Shown here one piece after another: positions 1-12,338 of a stretch of DNA of 64,000 nucleotides. Origin of the DNA: Eledone cirrhosa (Eukaryota); assembly GCA_964016885.1 (NCBI GenBank), contig OZ024743.1, positions 299,398,001 through 299,462,000 of the forward strand. Reading direction: 5' to 3'. The position numbers and the translations under genes are program-made. A model generated the notes under the pieces. The model was not told the DNA's origin, made no database searches, and saw only the letters and a list, made by a program, of their open reading frames with translations. Numbering within the stretch: the first letter of the stretch is position 1; every line of letters starts with the position of its first letter.

Positions 1-484
1 ACGCGTAGATTACTTCCCTTGCTTTTATCGAGAATCTAATTGTAATACGTGACGTATTCTATTCTATAGCGATTAGGTCTTCAAAATGTTTATTATAAAC
101 ATACAGAATATTTTCGAATATTCTATGTCTATATTCACATATATATCGCTATTTCAGAGCATTTATTCCAATTTCTAATTTCTGCCGGACCGGCAACCGC
201 TCTTTCAAACCAGTTCCTGTACACAGCTAAGTATTCTATAAGTCTCTAGCTGTGTCATTCTCGATAAAAGCACTGGATATGTAGTCCTGATGATTTCTAA
301 CGAGAATGAAACGCGTAGATTACTTCCCTTGCTTTTATCGAGAATCTAATTGTAATACGTGACGTATTCTATTCTATAGCGATTAGGTCTTCAAAATGTT
401 TATTATAAACATACAGAATATTTTCGAATATTCTATGTCTATATTCACATATATATCGCTATTTCAGAGCATTTATTCCAATTT
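1..484 (+). repeat. End of a tandem array of the 310-bp hammerhead-containing unit (retrozyme-like family A), cut by the window edge
   Basis: Sequence at 1 recurs at 311 (period 310). Same unit as 36032-39610 apart from loop AACG vs AACA. Ends in (TA)n at about 485. Confidence 0.95.
281..323 (+). ncRNA. Type I hammerhead ribozyme, family A
   Basis: GTAGTC-CTGATGA-tTTCTaacgAGAAt-GAAA-CGCGTA-GATTAC: stem I GUAGUC/GAUUAC, palindromic stem III ACGCGT, predicted cleavage after GUA (317). Confidence 0.85.
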
Positions 485-1169
485 ATATATATATATATAT
501 TTATATGTATATATATATATATAAATAATAAAATAGAAAGTTCTCGCTCTACATTGCTGAATACAATAGATGTAATCTGAGTTTTTCGAATATTAATAAC
601 ATTCGATACGTTTGCAATTATGCAATCAACCTCAATGTTATAGCCATGTCAGAAGAATGAACCCTTCATTATTGCTCTTGTGTTGGCATGTGAAGAGAAC
701 TGCAGACACTAATGCTTCTGGGTATCAACCTTCATCAGTACAGCTCACTGTTCACCTGCCAAACTGTCAGAGCTAGTGAAAATATATGCTATTTTCAAAA
801 ATACACAGTGACTGATTGGCCTGATTTGCATATTTTATTTGACTTTGCCAAATTCAAATGAAAATGAATGTTATTATTGAATGTTATTATTAATATTCGA
901 AAACCTCAGATTGCATTTATTGTATTCAGCCATGTAGAGCGAACATTTTCTTTTTTATTTGAATTTGGCAAAGCCGGCCATTTACCGCTCGTATACAGGA
1001 AACTGACTGGCCAGTCTGCTGATATGCAAATCTGGCTGATCAGTGGATCTGCTAATACGCAGAATTTGACTGATCAACCAGTCTGCTAGTATCAGGTCGA
1101 TCAGTCACTGTGTATTTTTGAAAATAGCATATATTTTCCCTAGCTCTGACAGTTTGGCAGGTAAACAGT

Positions 1170-1219
1170 GAGCTGTACTGATGAATGGTGATACCCAGAA
1201 ACATTAGTGTCTGCAGTTC
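1170..1219 (+). ncRNA. Type I hammerhead ribozyme, family B
   Basis: GAGCTGTA-CTGATGA-atGGTgatACCca-GAAA-CATtaGTGTC-TGCAGTTC; stem I 8 bp with GU pairs, predicted cleavage after GUC (1211). Confidence 0.75.
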
Positions 1220-1335
1220 TGTTCACATGCCAACACAAAAGCAAGAATGAAGGGTTTATTCTACTGACATGGCTTTAAAAATGAGGCTTGTTTGCATAAT
1301 TGCAAACGAATCGAATGTTATTATTAATATTCGAA

Positions 1336-1413
1336 AAGGCCAGCAATTACCCAGTACATAAAGTTCCAGTAATGTACTGGTTAATTGCTGGCCTTGTGCC
1401 AATAGTAGAAACA
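1336..1413 (+). mobile_element. Short 5'-inverted insertion, probably a SINE 3' tail, with target-site duplication
   Basis: Hairpin AAGGCCAGCAATTA..CCAGTACAT / ATGTACTGG..TAATTGCTGGCCTT, flanked by direct repeat ATTATTAATATTCGAAAA (1320-1337, 1414-1431). The SINE identity is from recollection only. Confidence 0.5.
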
Positions 1414-1445
1414 ATTATTAATATTCGAAAAACTCTGATTACATT

Positions 1446-1477
<32 letters not shown>

Positions 1478-1521
1478 TAAGAGAGTAAAACAAAGAATCC
1501 TTTAATACATCAAAAGTTTTT

Positions 1522-1566
1522 ATTAGCCGACAATGTTTCGTCCTATTAAGGACTCATCAGGGCAAT
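1522..1566 (-). ncRNA. Type I hammerhead ribozyme (inverted copy of 4621-4665)
   Basis: Exact reverse complement of 4621-4665. Confidence 0.88.
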
Positions 1567-4500
1567 CAAAACAACAAGAGGTAATTTCGGTAGATACAAG
1601 CCAGAAACTCTGAAGAATATGGAGTTTACATACACTAATGTCTTACAAAGATATACGATAATAAAAATGAAGATAAAAATAATAAAATTATAATAACTAA
1701 GGATGTAGATAACATTAAGAACCATATTACAAATATAGTCCAAAGTCACCAACTTAAATTTAAACAAATTTGGTTATATAGAGCAGTATTATATATAACA
1801 CAGTATAATACATTATAATAATAATATATCTATACCAACATTAAAATTCCAAATTAAAAATCAAAAGGTATAATATATACATGTATATATGTGCGCACAC
1901 TCACACACACACACACACATATTACAATACACATATCTATTTTCCATTACACAGAAATTAAGCCCTATTGGAAGTTTGCACATCAAAAATATCAAAAATA
2001 AGCATGGTAATAGTGAAAATAATGCTAATACATCTACCCAATATACATGAGGCAATAATATGATATCATTACAAGAAACACTTATAATAAATAATAAACA
2101 ACAAAATTATATAATACAATACAATATAATAAAGTAGAATATAAAGTAGAATATATAATAATCCCCGGTTAATTTACAGAAACAATATAGATGTCACAGT
2201 GAAATACGATGATAAAACGTTAACATTATATTAACAATTACTATAAACAATATGTACAACATGATTCATACTGGGTTACATAATAAATGAGGAAATATCA
2301 ATCATATAATATAATACAATAATACTAAAAAAAACTATATTGGTACAGGGAACAATTATGATGTTACAGAAAAAATATGTTGTTACAGAAAAATATACAG
2401 ACATCTAACATGATATGTAAAGTCTAAATACTATAATGTTACATATTACAATATAAAAATATTAAAATATTAAAAAATTAAAAAATCCAGACATCTTATA
2501 TGATATATAAAGTTTAACTATCTCAATGTTATATATAATAAACGGTAAGTAATAAGGATCTATATTATAATGTAATATATTTTAAAAATTGGCATAAAAT
2601 ATGTAAATAAATACTTATAATTTCAAGGTTAGTAGACAGACATGTGTGGATGAGTGAACGAAGCCAGACAGTGAATAGTAAATAGAATATAGGATAAAAC
2701 AAATAAATACAATCAACCGGAAATTACAAAACAACGCAAATGTATACACACTTAGGCCTCGCGTGCATTAAGAAATTTGGTAAACACCAAGGAAAGCGAT
2801 CATTTTAAATGACTCTAAATCCTATCTGATAAATTAATATTAAAAATATCAAACCCATCCAATAAGGTAGTATAAAATTAGCTATAGTCTAAGTCATTAA
2901 AGTATATAAACTTTAATGTATCGTTACAAATGTTTACAAAAAGGAATAAAATTACACTATCATATACGCAACGATATCTAAAAAACTGACTTAAGTAGAG
3001 TTAAGGTAGGCTAATGGGGACAGAATTGACAAAATATATGGAGGGTGCGAAGTGGCATAAAATATATTCGATATACTATAATAAATAATAGAACAGAGCA
3101 TAAAAGAGAGGGGGGGGGGTTAATAAAATCATATTCAATCTAGAGGGGTTGACAATAAGTTTATGTCCCCATTAGCCTACCTTAACTCTACTTAAGTCAG
3201 TTTTTTAGATATCGTTGCGTATATGATAGTGTAATTTTATTCCTCTTTGTAAACATTTGTAACGATACATTAAAGTTTATATACCTTAATGACTTAGACT
3301 ATAGCTAATTTTATACTACCTTATTGGATGGGTTTGATATTTTTAATATTAATTTATCAGATAGGATTTAGAGTCATTTAAAATGATCGCTTTCCTTGGT
3401 GTTTACCAAATTTCTTAATGCACGCGAGGCCTAAGTGTGTATACATTTGCTTTGTTTTGTAATTTCCGGTTGATTGTATTTATTTGTTTTATCCTATATT
3501 CTATTTACTATTCACTGTCTGGCTTCGTTCACTCATCCACACATGTCTGTCTACTAACCTTGAAATTATAAGTATTTATTTACATATTTTATGCCAATTT
3601 TTAAAATATATTACATTATGATATAGATCCTTATTACTTACCGTTTATTAAATATAACATTGAGATAGTTAAACTTTATATATCATATAAGATGTCTGGA
3701 TTTTTTAATATTTTAATATTTTAATATTTTAATATTGTAATATGTAACATTATAGTATTTAGACTTTACATATCATGTTAGATGTCTGTATATTTTTCTG
3801 TAACAACATATTTTTTCTGTAACATCATAATTGTTCCCTGTACCAATATAGTTTTTTTTAGTATTATTGTATTATATTATATGATTGATATTTCCTCATT
3901 TATTATGTAACCCAGTATGAATCATGTTGTACATATTGTTTATAGTAATTGTTAATATAATGTTAACATTTTATCATCGTATTTTACTGTGACATCTATA
4001 TTGTTTCTGTAAATTAACCGGGGATTATTATATATTCTACTTTATATTCTACTTTATTATATTGTATTGTATTATATAATTTTGTTGTTTATTATTTATT
4101 ATAAGTGTTTCTTGTAATGATATCATATTATTGCCTCATGTATATTGGGTAGATGTATTAGCATTATTTTCACTATTACCATGCTTATTTTTGATATTTT
4201 TGATGTGCAAACTTCCAATAGGGCTTAATTTCTGTGTAATGGAAAATAGATATGTGTATTGTAATATGTGTGTGTGTGTGTGTGAGTGTGCGCACATATA
4301 TACATGTATATATTATACCTTTTGATTTTTAATTTGGAATTTTAATGTTGGTATAGATATATTATTATTATAATGTATTATACTGTGTTATATATAATTC
4401 CTGCTCTATATAACCAAATTTGTTTAGATTTAAGTTGGTGACTTTGGACTATATTTGTAATATGGTTCTTAATGTTATCTACATCCTTAGTTATTATAAT

Positions 4501-4620
4501 TTTATTATTTTTATCTTCATTTTTATTATCGTATATCTTTGTAAGACATTAGTGTATGTAAACTTCATATTCTTCAGAGTTTCTGGCTTGTATCTGCCGA
4601 AATTACCTCTTGTTGTTTTG

Positions 4621-4665
4621 ATTGCCCTGATGAGTCCTTAATAGGACGAAACATTGTCGGCTAAT
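4621..4665 (+). ncRNA. Minimal type I hammerhead ribozyme of PLE type
   Basis: ATTGCC-CTGATGA-GTCCttaataGGAC-GAAA-CATTGTC-GGCtAAT: canonical core, 4-bp stem II, very short stem III, predicted cleavage after GUC (4658). Confidence 0.9.
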
Positions 4666-4808
4666 AAAAACTTTTGATGTATTAAAGGATTCTTTGTTTA
4701 ACTCTCTTAATTTTTCGGCTCTGTTTAACTGCATTGAGCTATACCTTTTACTGTCATTTCTATAATACGAAGAGGGTGTTTGACTCAAACACGCTCCAGT
4801 ATTCTAAT

Positions 4809-4861
<53 letters not shown>

Positions 4862-5687
4862 AAAGAATGGAGGTGTAACACACAAGTTATTATTTATTGG
4901 TAAACGGAATAGAAAATGCTGCCAAATTGTTCACAGTTGAAAAATGGTTTAATTAGGAATAAAAGAGTATTGGTGATTGTATGGGTTAGTATTCAGTTGT
5001 GGTTTTAAGTTTTTAAGCTTTTACCGGTTGCGCATTTCTAAATGCTTTTCAAAAATAATTTTGAGATAGAGTATCCGTGCTGTTTGCTCTGATCTGATTA
5101 GTTTGGGGAATTCTACCTGTTTTTATGTTAAAAAAGTGGCTCCAGCGTTATTATTGTGTTGCAAAAATCCTTGTGGTCAAAACAATTTTGATTGGTCGGT
5201 AGAGGTCATGTGAATGTAAAGAATTGATTTTGCGCCAAGACTGTTTTTATGTTAAAAAAGTGGCTCCAGCGTTATTTGGTGTTTGCAAAAATTCTTGTGT
5301 CAAAACAATTTTGATTGGTCGGTAGAGGTCATGTGAATAAAAAATTGGTTTGGCGCCAAGATTGAGAAATGACTTTTTCACAACAAATATGTGTGTGTGT
5401 GTGTGTGTGTAGTAGTAGTAGTAAGGTGTTCGATGTTGTGATAATTGTTAGCAGCGATTTGTGTCAAATGGCTATTAAGATAAGTGTGTGTGTGAGTGTG
5501 TGTGTGTGTGTGTGTATAGCAGAGTAATTCGTGGTGGCAGGGATGGTCAGTAGGAATGTGTCTGAAAGCAATGGGGGGTATTTTAGCCTGTCAAAAGATA
5601 TTTTTCAGCTTTTCTCTTATACGGAGAAGTGCGTGTGTGTGTGTGTGTATATATAAGTCTCTTTGTATGTTGATGTACGCGTGTGTA

Positions 5688-5770
<83 letters not shown>

Positions 5771-5902
5771 ACCAGTATTTTTTCCCCCTGGTAAAATGGT
5801 GTACATTATTCGATTTTTTTCAGTAAAATCGGTTCTCTTAAAAATCTTAACAATAAAAGGTGTGAAATGATATTCACTATATATATATACACATACATAT
5901 AT

Positions 5903-5996
<94 letters not shown>

Positions 5997-6146
5997 TACA
6001 TATATATACATATATATATGCACATATATTTTTTGGTGTTGCACCATAGAGCATGTGTGTTTACGTATGTCATTGTGTTTATATGTGGGTAGAGATGTGT
6101 GCTGATGTAGGTATGTATGTTGACGTGTGTATGTTGTGGGTTCGTC

Positions 6147-8471
6147 TTAGGGAGAAGTGTTTAGACGGGCTCCGTATTTGTTAATGAAGTAAGATTCCTT
6201 GCTGATGCGCTGGGTGTGGGTGGCATTATCTTTAAATTTGTAGAAGGGAAAGATTCTGAAGTTGGGATGATTTTGGGCGGCACATGTATCAATGTGTTCA
6301 CTCAGTGGTATTTTCCTGTATTCCCGTATTTTAATTTGGGATCTATGGACAGTCATGCGTTGGCGGATGCTGTTTTTGGTCTGGCCTATGTATTGTTCTC
6401 GACAACCTGAACAAGTTAATACATATATTAGATTTTCCGATGCACATGTGAAATTGTGTTTTACTATAAAACGTTGTCCATCTTTGAAATAGAATTCCGA
6501 ACCCTCTATTAGGTTGTTGCAAATGCCACAGTTGGGTCTATCGCATTTTTTTACTGTGGGTTTCGTTGTTGTGGTTGGCAGTACTTTGGCATGTGTTAAG
6601 ATGTTTTTCATTGACTTGGATTGTCTTTTGCTCTTTATGATATCGCGTGTTCGTAGAATTTGGTTCATTCTATGGTCGTTTTTCAATACAGGGATGTTCT
6701 GGAGGATGGTGTCAAAGGCCTCATTGTTGAGGGGGTTGTGTGTGGAGATGTATGGAAGAGCTTTTAGTTTTGGTTGATTTACTTTAGGGTGTCTAAGGTC
6801 CTGGGTACTGAGTTTTAGGGCACGTTGGATTCCATTGTCAATTAGTGATGCAGGGTAGTCCCTGCCTATGAGTGTGTCCTTTAGTTCTTGTAGCCTTAAG
6901 TAGCAGATGTTTTTATTGGAGACTATAGTACAGATTCTCTTGGCTAAGTTGTAGGGAATATTAATTTTAACGTGTCTAGGGTGGCAAGAGTTGAAGGGGA
7001 GATATTGCTTGGAGTCTGTGGGCTTGTAGTATATGTCTGTTTCTAATTTTTTGTTATGGATCTTAATGAGGATGTCGAGGAAGGGGAGTTGTTGATGGCT
7101 GTATTCCATCGTGAAGTTAATATTTGTGTTGAGCCCATTTAAAAGGGTGTGAAATTCTTTAAGTTTTTCGGTGTTTTCGTGCCAAAGGATGAAGCAGTCA
7201 TCTAGATATCGCTTCCAGTTCCTTTCAATGTGTAAGTGGAGGGTGTTTCCAAATTTGTTTAGGACTTTAGTGTAGAGGGTGATTTCCAGGTATCCAATGA
7301 CTAGGTTGGCATAAGTGGGGGCTGTTTTCGTTCCCATAGCGGTCCCAGATTTCTGCCTGTAGGGTTTGTTATTGAAAACGAAGTAATTGTTCTCCAAGAT
7401 AAATTTGAGTCCCTCTATCACGAATTCTTTTTTGATGCGTTGTGGGAGTTCATTGTGGAAATTATCCAGCCAGAATTGGATAGCTTCTATTCCTAGGTTG
7501 TGGGGGATGTTGGAGTATAGGTTGACTACATCGAACGTCACTTGTAGGGTTTGTTCAGAAAGTGGCATATTAGGGAGGTGATTGAGCATATCTAGGTCGT
7601 CCCTTATATAGCTTTTGATGTGCTTGAGGAAGGGTTTGAGAAGGGTATCAATGAAGTTGCTAAGACGGTGCGTTTCGCAAGCGGGGCCTGCTATTATAGG
7701 TATTAATTTGAGATCATTGGGTGAGGGGACATTGATGACTATGTCTGTGGCTTCCTTGCATACCTTACTTATTGATTCGCTTTTATGTACTTTAGGGATA
7801 CCGTAGAAAAGGCTGGATTTGCTTGTGAAGTCTGTGATGAAGCTGAATTCCTTGTTAGTGAGTCCTTCTTTGTATTGGTTGATTAGAGTTTTTAGGTTTC
7901 TCATAATTTTCTGTTGATTGTAGTGTTCAGCCTTTTCGTAGTATGTTTCGTTTTCCAAAGTGGAGAGCGCTAAGTTGATATAGAATTCTGTCTCCATTAG
8001 GATTACTGTACTCCCTTTATCAGCCTCTTTAATTGTAATGGTTCTGTCGGTTTTTAATCTATTTAATTCTTCCCATTCTTTCTTGTTGAGGTTTGGCTTG
8101 TGTTTTTGTCTGTGCAAGTGTTGGTAAGGGAAGTTTGTGATGTATTCACAGAATTCGTCCAGGATTTTATTTCTACCTTTTGAAGGGGTGTAATTGCTTC
8201 TATTTATGGCTAATGATTCATCCTCATTGTACTGGTCGAATAGTTGTTCACTAAGCCGTAACTTTCTACAGAAGTCTGTGATGTCTTCCTTCATTTCATA
8301 GTAGTTAGGACGTAGTGGGGTCGGTGTGGATTTAAGACCTTTGGAGAGTAAGTTGATAAGGTTGGGTGTTGGTTCTGCACTAGCAAGATTGATAATTTTT
8401 ATTACTATCGGTTTCTCCTCCCGGTCTTCTGTTATTTTGTTTGCCTGTATCTGTGTGCTGTGTCTAAAAAA
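6147..8471 (-). CDS. PLE reverse transcriptase plus GIY-YIG endonuclease (Neptune-like), open frame
   Basis: Motifs IKEADKG, FYGIPKVHK, TFDVVNLYSNIP, GTAMGT, RYLDD, LPFLD, linker CDRPNCGIC, NLIYVLTCSGC..YIGQT. The frame stays open upstream of ATG 8294 through IINLAS..LLSKGLK to about 8471. Confidence 0.93.
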   Translation of the reverse strand, partial: FFRHSTQIQANKITEDREEKPIVIKIINLASAEPTPNLINLLSKGLKSTPTPLRPNYYEMKEDITDFCRKLRLSEQLFDQYNEDESLAINRSNYTPSKGRNKILDEFCEYITNFPYQHLHRQKHKPNLNKKEWEELNRLKTDRTITIKEADKGSTVILMETEFYINLALSTLENETYYEKAEHYNQQKIMRNLKTLINQYKEGLTNKEFSFITDFTSKSSLFYGIPKVHKSESISKVCKEATDIVINVPSPNDLKLIPIIAGPACETHRLSNFIDTLLKPFLKHIKSYIRDDLDMLNHLPNMPLSEQTLQVTFDVVNLYSNIPHNLGIEAIQFWLDNFHNELPQRIKKEFVIEGLKFILENNYFVFNNKPYRQKSGTAMGTKTAPTYANLVIGYLEITLYTKVLNKFGNTLHLHIERNWKRYLDDCFILWHENTEKLKEFHTLLNGLNTNINFTMEYSHQQLPFLDILIKIHNKKLETDIYYKPTDSKQYLPFNSCHPRHVKINIPYNLAKRICTIVSNKNICYLRLQELKDTLIGRDYPASLIDNGIQRALKLSTQDLRHPKVNQPKLKALPYISTHNPLNNEAFDTILQNIPVLKNDHRMNQILRTRDIIKSKRQSKSMKNILTHAKVLPTTTTKPTVKKCDRPNCGICNNLIEGSEFYFKDGQRFIVKHNFTCASENLIYVLTCSGCREQYIGQTKNSIRQRMTVHRSQIKIREYRKIPLSEHIDTCAAQNHPNFRIFPFYKFKDNATHTQRISKESYFINKYGARLNTSP

Positions 8472-9605
8472 TGGTTGGGGTAGAGGGGTTGTCTGCTGAT
8501 GTTAAGTGGTCTCCTGTGTTTGTTATATTCCTTGTTGTTGTAAAATGTGGTTCGGGTTGGTGGTTGTAGATTGAATGGGGTGTTCCTATACTGCGAGTAT
8601 GGGTGTGTGTTTCTATGTGCCATGTTGTATTGTGGTGTTATAAGTGGCCTACGTTCTTGGTTGTATCGTGTGGTGTGGGTTTGTTGTGTATTGTGGAAGC
8701 GAGTGTTGAGAAAATGTTAATTACCTTGCTGTCCCCTTAAAGCGGGGAATTTGTTACATCTATCATGGCGGTGGTATCTTTTCCCTATGTTTGACGATGA
8801 GGCATCCGCGTAGTAGTTGAGTGATTTGGTATGGTGTCTCCTTGAAGGGGGAAAGTTGTAAATGTCATTCTGGGGGAGATGATTTCTTGGGTTTTTGTTC
8901 CTTCTTATGGTAGCGAGGTTGGGAAGTTCATCTTCGGTGTGGTGCTTCCTTCTTCGTTTGTTAGAGGCTTGGGGGTTTGAGAAGTTGTTGTGAGTTTCAG
9001 TTATGGGTTTTCCTATTATTATGAACGGGTTATTGGAGGTGTAATCGGTTTGAAAAGTCGATTGATAGTGTAGGAACCAAGCGGCACTTTTTTCCCAGTG
9101 TTGAAGGGATTTCAGTTCTTCTCTGTTGCAGTCCCCTTTCCATAATTTGGAGATCTTCTCTACCTTGGGGCCTTCAGTTTTGTTGTTGATTTCCAGGAGG
9201 ATCTCTTCATCGATGGTTTTGATTTTTTCCTCATTTGTCTGGGCCCTCAGTTTAAGAAGTTCAATTTCTGTCTTAATTTTTTCCAATGCCATTCTTTCCC
9301 TAAGGTGTCTTTGAGGTTCGGGTTCATTTGGAATGGACTTTATTTGTTGTTTACGGGGGAGAGTTAGAGGGGTTGAGTTAAGCCATTTTTCATATATCTC
9401 TGCTTTGTTGTGATTTTGTATCATCTTCCAGAATGAGAACTTTCTGTCTCTGAGGGATTTGTTCCATTTTGGAATTGTTCGAATTTTCATTTTGTGTGAA
9501 ACAATCTCACATGGTTCTTCGTTGGTTTTTCCTGGGTTGGTAGTAGTGAACATAGTTTGGATAGTATCGCAAAATGTTTCGGAGTTTGTCGCCGATTTCG
9601 GAATG
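8432..9605 (-). pseudogene. Upstream ORF1 of the PLE (5'-truncated; coiled-coil-like then basic low-complexity), one internal stop
   Basis: Track ORFs 8717-9652 and 8432-8623 are in the same frame and separated only by TAA at 8717-8719 (QQGN*HFLNTRF...). Helical K/E-rich segment RERMALEKIKTEIELLKLRAQTNEEKIKTIDEEI. Confidence 0.7.
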
Positions 9606-9809
9606 TACACAACAAACCCACACCACACGATACAACCAAAAACGTAGGCCACTTATAACACCACAATACAACATGGCACATAGAAACACACACCCATACT
9701 CGCAGTACACTCTACAACCACCAACCCGAACCACATTTTATAACAACAAGGAATATAACAAACACAGGAGACCACTTAACATCAGCAGACAACCTCTCTA
9801 CCCCAACCA

Positions 9810-12133
9810 TCTTTTAGACACAGCACACAGATACAGGCAAACAAAATAACAGAAGACCGGGAGGAGAAACCGATAGTAATAAAAATTATCAATCTTGCTA
9901 GTGCAGAACCAACACCCAACCTTATCAACTTACTTTCCAAAGGTCTTAAATTCACACCGACCCCACTACGTCCTAACTACTATGAAATGAAGGAAGACAT
10001 CACAGACTTCTGTAGAAAGTTACGACTTAGTGAACAACTATTCGACCAGTACAATGAGGATGAATCATTAGCCATAAATAGAAGCAATTACACCCCTTCA
10101 AAAGGTAGAAATAAAATCCTGGACGAATTCTGTGAATACATCACAAACTTCCCTTACCAACACTTGCACAGACAAAAACACAAGCCAAACCTCAACAAGA
10201 AAGAATGGGAAGAATTAAATAGATTAAAAACCGACAGAACCATTACAATTAAAGAGGCTGATAAAGGGAGTACAGTAGTCCTAATGGAGACAGAATTCTA
10301 TATCAACTTAGCGCTCTCCACTTTGGAAAACGAAACATACTACGAAAAGGCTGAACACTACAATCAACAGAAAATTATGAGAAACCTAAAAACTCTAATC
10401 AACCAATACAAAGAAGGACACACTAACAAGGAATTCAGCTTCATCACAGACTTCACAAGTAAATCCAGCCTTTTCTACGGTATCCCTAAAGTACATAAAA
10501 GCGAATCAATAAGTAAGGTATGCAAGGAAGCCACAGACATAGTCATCAATGTCCCCTCACCCAATGATCTCAAATTAAGACCTATAATAGCAGGCCCGCT
10601 TGCGAAACGCACCGTCTTAGCAACTTCATTGATACCCTTCTCAAACCCTTCCTCAAGCACATCAAAAGCTATATAAGGGACGACCTAGATATGCTCAATC
10701 ACCTCCCTAATATGCCACTTTCTGAACAAACCCTACTAGTGACGTTCGATGTAGTCAACCTATACTCCAACATCCCCCACAACCTAGGAATAGAAGCTAT
10801 CCAATTCTGGCTGGATAATTTCCACAATGAACTCCCACAACGCATCAAAAAAGAATTCGTGATAGAGGGACTCAAATTTATCTTGGAGAACAATTACTTC
10901 GTTTTCAATAACAAACCCTACAGGCAGAAATCTGGGACCGCTATGGGAACGAAAACAGCCCCCACTTATGCCAACCTAGTCATGGGATACCTGGAAATCA
11001 CCCTCTACACTAAAGTCCTAAACAAATTTGGAAACACCCTCCACTTACACATTGAAAGGAACTGGACGCGATACCTAGATGACTGCTTCATCCTTTGGCA
11101 CGAAAACACCGAAAAACTTAAAGAATTTCACACCCTTTTAAATGGGCTCAACACAAATATTAACTTCACGATGGAATACAGCCATCAACAACTCCCCTTC
11201 CTCGACATCCTCATTAAGATCCATAACAAAAAAATAGAAACAGACATATACTACAAGCCCACAAACTCCAAGAAATATCTCCCCTTCAACTCTTGCCACC
11301 CTAGACACGTTAAAATTAATATTCCCTACAAATTAGCCAAGAGAATCTGTACTATAGTCTCCAATAAAAACATCTGCTACTTACGGCTACAAGAACTAAA
11401 GGACACACTCATAGGCAGGGACTACCCTGCATCACTAATTGACAATGGAATCCAACGTGCCTTAAAACTCAGTACCCAGGACCTTAGACACCCTAAACTA
11501 AATCAACCAAAACTAAAAGCTCTTCCATACATCTCCACACACAACCCCCTCAACAATGAGGCATTTGACACCATCCTCCAGAACATCCCTGTATTGAAAA
11601 ACGACCATAGAATGAACCAAATTCTACGAACAAACGATATCATAAAGAGCAAAAGACAATCCAAGTCAATGAAAAACATCTTAACACATGCCAAAGTACT
11701 GCCAACCACAACAACGAAACCCACAGTAAAAAAATGCGATAGACCCAACTGTGGCATTTGCTTCAACCTAATAGAGGGTTCGGAATTCTATTTCAAAGAT
11801 GGACAACGTTTTATAGTAAAACACAATTTCACATGTGCATCGGAAAATCTAATATATGTATTAACTTGTTCAGGTTGTCGAGAACAATACATAGGCCAGA
11901 CCAAAAACAGCCTCCGCCAACGCATGACTGTTCATAGATCCCAAATTAAAATACGGGAATACAGGAAAATACCACTGAGTGAACACATTGATACCTGTGC
12001 CGCCCCAAATCATCCCAACTTCAGAATCTTTCCCTTCTACAAATTTAAAGATAATGCCACCCACACCCAGCGCATCAGCAAGGAATCTTACTTCATTAAC
12101 AAATACGGACCCCGTCTAAACACTTCTCCCTAA
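9810..12133 (+). pseudogene. Second, inverted copy of the PLE RT/GIY-YIG ORF, frameshifted
   Basis: ORFs 9987-10676 and 10691-12133 reproduce the 715-aa protein; a 1-bp deletion at about 10597 (GGCCCGC vs GGCCCCGC) breaks the frame. Confidence 0.93.
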
Positions 12134-12283
12134 GACGAACCCACAACATACACACGTCAACATACATACCTACATCAGCACACATCTCTACCCAGATATA
12201 AACACAATGACATACGTAAACACACATGCTCTATGGTGCAACACCCAAAAATATATGTGCATATATATATGTATATATATGTA

Positions 12284-12332
<49 letters not shown>

Positions 12333-12338
<6 letters not shown>

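Larger units (their letters stand above)
537..1445. mobile_element. About 435-bp hammerhead-bearing repeat (family B) in head-to-head arrangement
   Basis: Left part (about 537-835) is the reverse complement of the right part. TTATTAATATTCGAAAA recurs at 887 and 1321 (period 434). HHR motifs at 697-746 (-, GAAA mutated to GAAG) and 1170-1219 (+). (TA)n on both flanks. Confidence 0.8.
1476..4812. mobile_element. Non-coding PLE-type 3' region (pLTR) as a 1.55-kb inverted repeat
   Basis: Arms 1476-3022 and 3164-4711 are near-identical reverse complements around a 141-bp spacer. The right arm extends about 100 bp further. One HHR per arm; (TA)n at both ends. Confidence 0.85.

Noticed and set aside
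1546-4641. Mirror-image 64-aa and 73-aa hydrophobic ORFs
   Set aside because: Duplicated only because of the palindrome; AT-rich chance ORFs with non-ATG starts.
9606-9652. ATG start of the 311-aa ORF at 9652
   Set aside because: Its first about 16 codons come from the antisense of the right arm across the inversion junction; the true ORF1 start is missing.
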